A stretch of DNA of 64,000 nt from contig NC_045697.1 of assembly GCF_009834535.1 (NCBI RefSeq), forward strand, positions 2,358,001 to 2,422,000, given 5' to 3'. The translations under genes and the position numbers were made by a program. This document shows positions 58,986-64,000 of this stretch, one piece after another; the stretch's first letter is position 1; every line of letters begins with the position of its first letter. This DNA comes from Camelus ferus. Its lineage: Eukaryota. The notes under the pieces were generated by a model that saw only the letters and a program-made list of their open reading frames with translations, made no database searches and had not been told where the DNA came from.

Positions 58986-60504
58986 CGCCTTTAGAAGTCT
59001 ACAGGTAGCGGTCAGATCCCCAGAGTCCTTTCTCTTGGTGAAACAGCCCTGATTTTGGCATGCCTTCCTCCAAGGACTCACCTTCAGGTCCCCTTTCCAA
59101 CCGGCTGAAGAACTCACCCTAATCTGCCAAGGGCCAGATTTCCCCAAAAGGGAACTACCACCAACTGCAACCCTGCAGAGAGTGTATGATCAACCCAGGG
59201 GGCAGCAGAACCATCACCTCCTTTATTCCAGACACTCTGCTCCTGTTATTATAACCGAAGATTAAATATTCTTCCCAATTAACCTCATCTCATCCTTTGC
59301 TTAAATGAAGCTTGGATTATTTGCACCTCGGAATCCTTTAAACCAAGCAGGCTCCAAAGCACTTTCCATGTCTTTCCTGGGAGCACAAGGAGACCTGCTG
59401 ATCCCTTGCATAGAGGTCACCTACAAGGAATTCCAGGCAAGTGGGTCCTTGGGTGATCCAGGCCAGAACAGTTCCCTCTGCCAGCAGGCAGTAGGAAGAC
59501 AAGGAATTTATGTTTCGGAAACCCGCCCCCCCAAAACCTGATGCAACTAGAGACAAAGCAGTTTGTCACACAGAATGATGTACATTTTTAAAACAATTTC
59601 AAGTTTAAAAAATTCACTGATTTTCTGTCACCCACCTCAAAAAATACCAGTGAAAAAGAAAGAAAATACATATTCCATCATTTAAAAATCAAAACACTTT
59701 CTCTTCCAGGATTTGAATCACCACGCCCCAACTCACATGTGGGTTTTCCGAGAATGTCTCATTCATTTAACTATTTTGCAACCTGGGGGAATAAATTGTC
59801 AGTCACACGCTATTTCGAGAACAGAAGCTTCTGTGGGGGACGCCGGGGAAGCTCTGAGCGCTGTCGGCAGGGACAGAACCTCACCGCTGGTAGCAGGACA
59901 GCCGCAGGCTGCCCCCCACAACCATAAAGGTTCTTGGTGCAGAGAGATTACCTGCTACTCGGATTGACCTCTGGGGGACCCCATGTCCCTTCTGCAGAGA
60001 CCAACAAGTCTTGGCAAGTTTGGAAAAAATGTAATAAGATCATAAAGATCTGGGCTCACCACCTCCTGTGATGGCTTCATTTCGTTTTGGAATTGCAAAC
60101 CTCCAGCCACTTAGTAAAACAAAGAAAGGACAGATTTTTAAGGGGGTAAGCATGTCGGCTTAATCTCCGAGCTTTAAGAGAGGAAGGCTTCGCAGCAGAT
60201 TTAAATGGTTTTAGCATATGCTGCTCTCCACGTGAGGAATACGAACGTGACCACACAGGCGGCTTTTCTGGGCGGTTTAATGCATTATATAAGCACGTTT
60301 ATATAAATGTTTTCCTGGGTTGGATAAATAGCGTTTTTCTATTTAAATTTAATCTGGGTCCTTGAGAATGAATTTTACTGATCTTTTTGTAAGCCTGGAG
60401 ATTTATCCTTGACGCAAATTTCAAACATGTAATGAAATGTCACCGAGTTCATGAGTCTCTAGCGAGAACTTCCAGAAGCATTCAAGGGAAGGATGCACAG
60501 GAGG

Positions 60505-61200
60505 ATTTGTTCCACAGATGTTTTTGGAGCATATACTGTGTGCTGTATGTCCTGTACAGCAGGAAACAAAGGGCCAAATTCCTGCACCCTGGAGCTTGCA
60601 GCCAAGCAGGAGAGACTGACACTAAATGGGCAAATGCGAGTGCCAGGAGGAGCCATGTGCTAAGGGGAAAATGAGCTCTGGGCAAGGGTGATGGAGGAAG
60701 TGTGTCTGTGGCACAGGTGGGGGGCTATTCTCCATGTCCACCTTCCCCACAGAGGGTCACTGATGCAGGAAATTAAAGGAAGCGATGGTGAGCTATGGTG
60801 ACATCGCAGGAGAGTTCCAGATGGAGGGAAGAGCGTGTGCAAAGGCCCTGGGGCAGAAGCCGGTACAGGAAAGGAATAGCCAGGCATGGGCAAGGGAGGA
60901 GAGGAAGGATCAGGCTCAGGCCCTGTGGGACCTCTAGGCCACAACAGGGACTTTGGAATTTACTCTGAGTGAGGTAGGAGCTCACCAGGGGAGGTTCTGA
61001 GCAGAGGAATGACACGTTTCTGCCTTCGGCCCTCCTCTGCTGAGGCACGGAGGAAGGGCAGAAGCAGGAGACCAGGGAGTACGATGGGGTGGGTGAAGCA
61101 GAGGGGTCAGCCCTTGATGCATATTGAAGGCCGAGTCAAGAGGATTTATCGACAGCTCGTAGGTCGGAGGGGAGAGAGAAGAATCAAGGATGGCCCAAGG
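60505..61200 (-). mobile_element. L2 3' end relic
   Basis: ttggagcatatactgtgtgc...cctgcaccctggagcttgcag...ttccagatggagggaagagcgtgtgcaaaggccctggggcag...ggactttggaatttactctgagtgagg...gagcagaggaatgaca...aagaatcaaggatggc. Confidence 0.75.
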
Positions 61201-63821
61201 AGTACAGCAGCGGCAGGCGGAGAGAGGAAGGCTGAAAGTGTCGGACTTGAATTGGAATCACAGGGCTGACTAGTTTAGTGGTGCTTCTTAGAGCACCAAG
61301 CAGAGTTGGCCAGATGCACAGGCCTGGCGTTCCTGGGTGATGTCCAGGCTAGAGGGGCAAACTCAAGGCTGGAAGGAGCACACAGACTGATGAGCCTGGA
61401 CGGGGGCAGCTGGCTGCGTGGGAGACGGGCGTGGGACCCGTGTGGACAGACCAGCTTGGAGTGCAGGCGTGCGGCGCTCAGGTGCTGGAGCCAGGAACGA
61501 CCCTGGCTTTGCACCAGCTCTGCCAGGTCCTACCTGGGGACAGATCAAGTGACTCAGCCTCTCTCTGCCTCCATTCCTCCACCTTGAAGTGGGGTACAGT
61601 GGGGTAGCACCCTCCTTACTGCACACTGAGGTGGGGGCATGTGGTACCCTGCATGCAAGAAAGATGTCACCCCTGCTGGGAGGAGCGGGAACCTGTTTGG
61701 AAGTGGGCAGTCTTCTCGCAAGCAGCCTGGAAGGGAGGGACAGCACGAGGTCCCCTGGAATCAGGGTGCGCCTGGGGCCAGGGGACCACAGAGAGGGTCT
61801 GAGGGCAGAGGCCAGGGATGTGCTGCGGACCAGCTGGCCTGGTCAGCGGCCGAGCTGGATGCCAGGCCATGTCTCTGGGACTTAGGTGTCCAGAGTGGGA
61901 ATGACAAGGCTAGCTGGATCTTGTGCTACAAATCTGGCGTGTGCCAAGGGCCCAGGGCCTGCTGCCACCGCGATAGCTGAGTCCGGGTAATGGGTTCATT
62001 GTTCTAATGGTCCTTGGGCCTCAATCCTGCCCACCCCATCCCAGTCTCAGCCGTCATCTCTGCCGTGGTTCTCTTGTGACCATTCACAAGGGGTTTGGGG
62101 GCATGATCACCTCATGTAGCCCTCCTGCTGAGGGTCATGAGGCAGAGACAGGACATCGAACAGATCTGAACAGATCTTGGAAGGGAGGCTCAGAAAGGTT
62201 AAGTGACTCCCAAGGTCACACAGTGAACAAATACAGCAACAGAGTATGAACACAGGTCAGTATGTCCCAGGATGGAGCCCCGGGCCCATCAGGAGCCCAC
62301 CTGGGAGAGGAAAGCAGCCCCCAACCATTAGGCACCTACTATATGCCTGGCCTGGTGGGAGTCACAGACAGGTGCCTTCACACATCATTCTGCCCGTGGG
62401 CACGCTAACTCCCAACTGTACGTGAGGAAACTGAGTGTGGGGGTGGTTCCTCCAGGCCCGTCGGGGCGCAGCCCGCCCTGGCTGCATCTGGGAAGCTGCC
62501 CTGGCCCGTCCCCCTGGGAGGCGGCATGGGCCCAGGTGTGAGCACCACCTGCCTGGGCGCCAACAGCTCGTGCCAGTGCAGTGGTCCAGGGCCGGCCTGC
62601 CTTCCTCACCTGCGCTGGGGGCGGTGGGGACAGGGTGGGGGGTGCAGGCAATGCCGACCTCCCAGGTAAAGCTGGACTGGGGCGGGGTTCTCCCACGCTG
62701 ACCTGCCCACCTTGCCCATCTCTTCATTGTCTACATCTTGGCCCCACCCTCCCAGCTGTGGGACCTGGAGAAACCCCATGCCCCATTGCTTCCACTGGAA
62801 GATGGGGGTCACAGTGGCATGGGGTCAGCAGTCACCATCTGCCCAGGCCTGAGCTCCATCTCTGGGGGGACAGCCTGGTGTCATCGCCCTCAGCAGTGGG
62901 TGTCTTTGGCTGGGACCTGTAGTCCCCATTTTCAAGGCTCTGCTGCCTCCCTTGGCCACTCGACATGACACATGGCCAGGCTGGAGCACGAAGCCCCACG
63001 TTGGATTCCTGGCCATCGCTGCGCGCTCACACCCAGCTAGGGAAGCGTCAATGCTCATCAAAAAGATCCTCAGCCTGTGGGGACGTCCGGTCCCCACGGA
63101 GGGTGCAGTACTCATTAATGTTCTGATAATAATTAATACTGTTAGAATGTAACATGATGCCGAGGCTGAAAGCACACGCTTGCTGGGAAAATACACAGCT
63201 AAACACATGAGCCGTGCAGGTGCCGGTGTCGCCCGAGTGTCCCCACCCCGACTTGTCTCCTTACTCCTCCCAAACCGCTGGGCACCAGGTGCCAGGGCCC
63301 CTGCTGGGTGGCTGCTGAGTCCAGGGTCACTCTCCGTCCACCAAGCACCTGACCTTTCAGCATCTGAGGATGCAGCTCATCACCCCAGAAACTTTTCTTT
63401 CAGCTCCCAGGACCCCGCTGTGGGCCCTGCCCCCAACTCCCGGGCTCTCCCCTCCCTCCAGCTCCCCTGCATGTGCCTCCCTGCTACTGTGTCTTCTCAC
63501 CTCTGATTACGCCCCTTCCTTGGGGCCGTCTGCCCCCTGCTGACACGTCCCCCGTGCACGTCTCCCATGTGGGCCACTGCCCACCTCCAGCCCTGCCCAC
63601 CCACCCCGGGCTGTCTCCACTGGACACCCAGAGGCGTCTCAGACCCTGCCTGCAGGACCCCGTGGTCCTGCCCAATTGGTCGTCGCCTTTGGACCTGCTC
63701 AGGCACATGACATCAGTTTTACTGGGACAGGACACCCTGACCCGCCGAGAGAAGAAAGGCAGGACCCTGCTACGTGCAGCTCAGAGGGAGAAGAGGCTCA
63801 TTTATAAAGCATGCGTATGGT

Positions 63822-63922
63822 GGGGGCCGGTGTGCAGCTCAGGGGGAGAGCGAGTGCTTAGCTTGCACGAGGTCCTGGGTTCAATCCCTAGTCCCTCCAC
63901 TAACAAAACTAAAATACAAAAA
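63822..63922 (+). mobile_element. tRNA-derived SINE (camelid Vic-1-like)
   Basis: cagctcagggggagagcgagtgcttagcttgcacgaggtcctgggttcaatccctagtccctcc plus an A-rich tail. Confidence 0.85.
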
Positions 63923-64000
63923 CATGTGTTTATTCTTCACAGCTCTGGAGGCTGGAAGTCACAGGGCAAGGTGCACTTCCAACACAGTGGCCCGTGTAGC

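Overview
Mammalian, GC-rich genomic DNA with one protein-coding gene: the intronless alpha-2C adrenergic receptor ADRA2C (+ strand, ATG 28167 to TGA 29546, 459 aa). It lies in a CpG island and has a poly(A) signal at 30080. Five short tRNA-derived SINEs of the camelid Vic-1 type suggest a camel/alpaca-like host. The remaining ~60 kb is intergenic, with recognisable L1, L2, MIR, MLT1 (ERVL-MaLR) and hAT (MER20, MER53, MER103) relics, simple repeats and several motif-dense candidate enhancers and CTCF sites. The most notable observations are in the ADRA2C leader: an in-frame ACG in a perfect Kozak context (potential 50-aa N-terminal extension) and a 24-codon AUG uORF ending 14 nt before the main start. 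Also notable are a sense-strand G-quadruplex over the GAGP segment homologous to the human Del322-325 site, and locally GC/CpG-eroded L1 relics. I found no evidence for a novel multi-gene system. The other ORF-track entries look like GC-rich noise. Repeat family names and boundaries were recognised by eye and are approximate.
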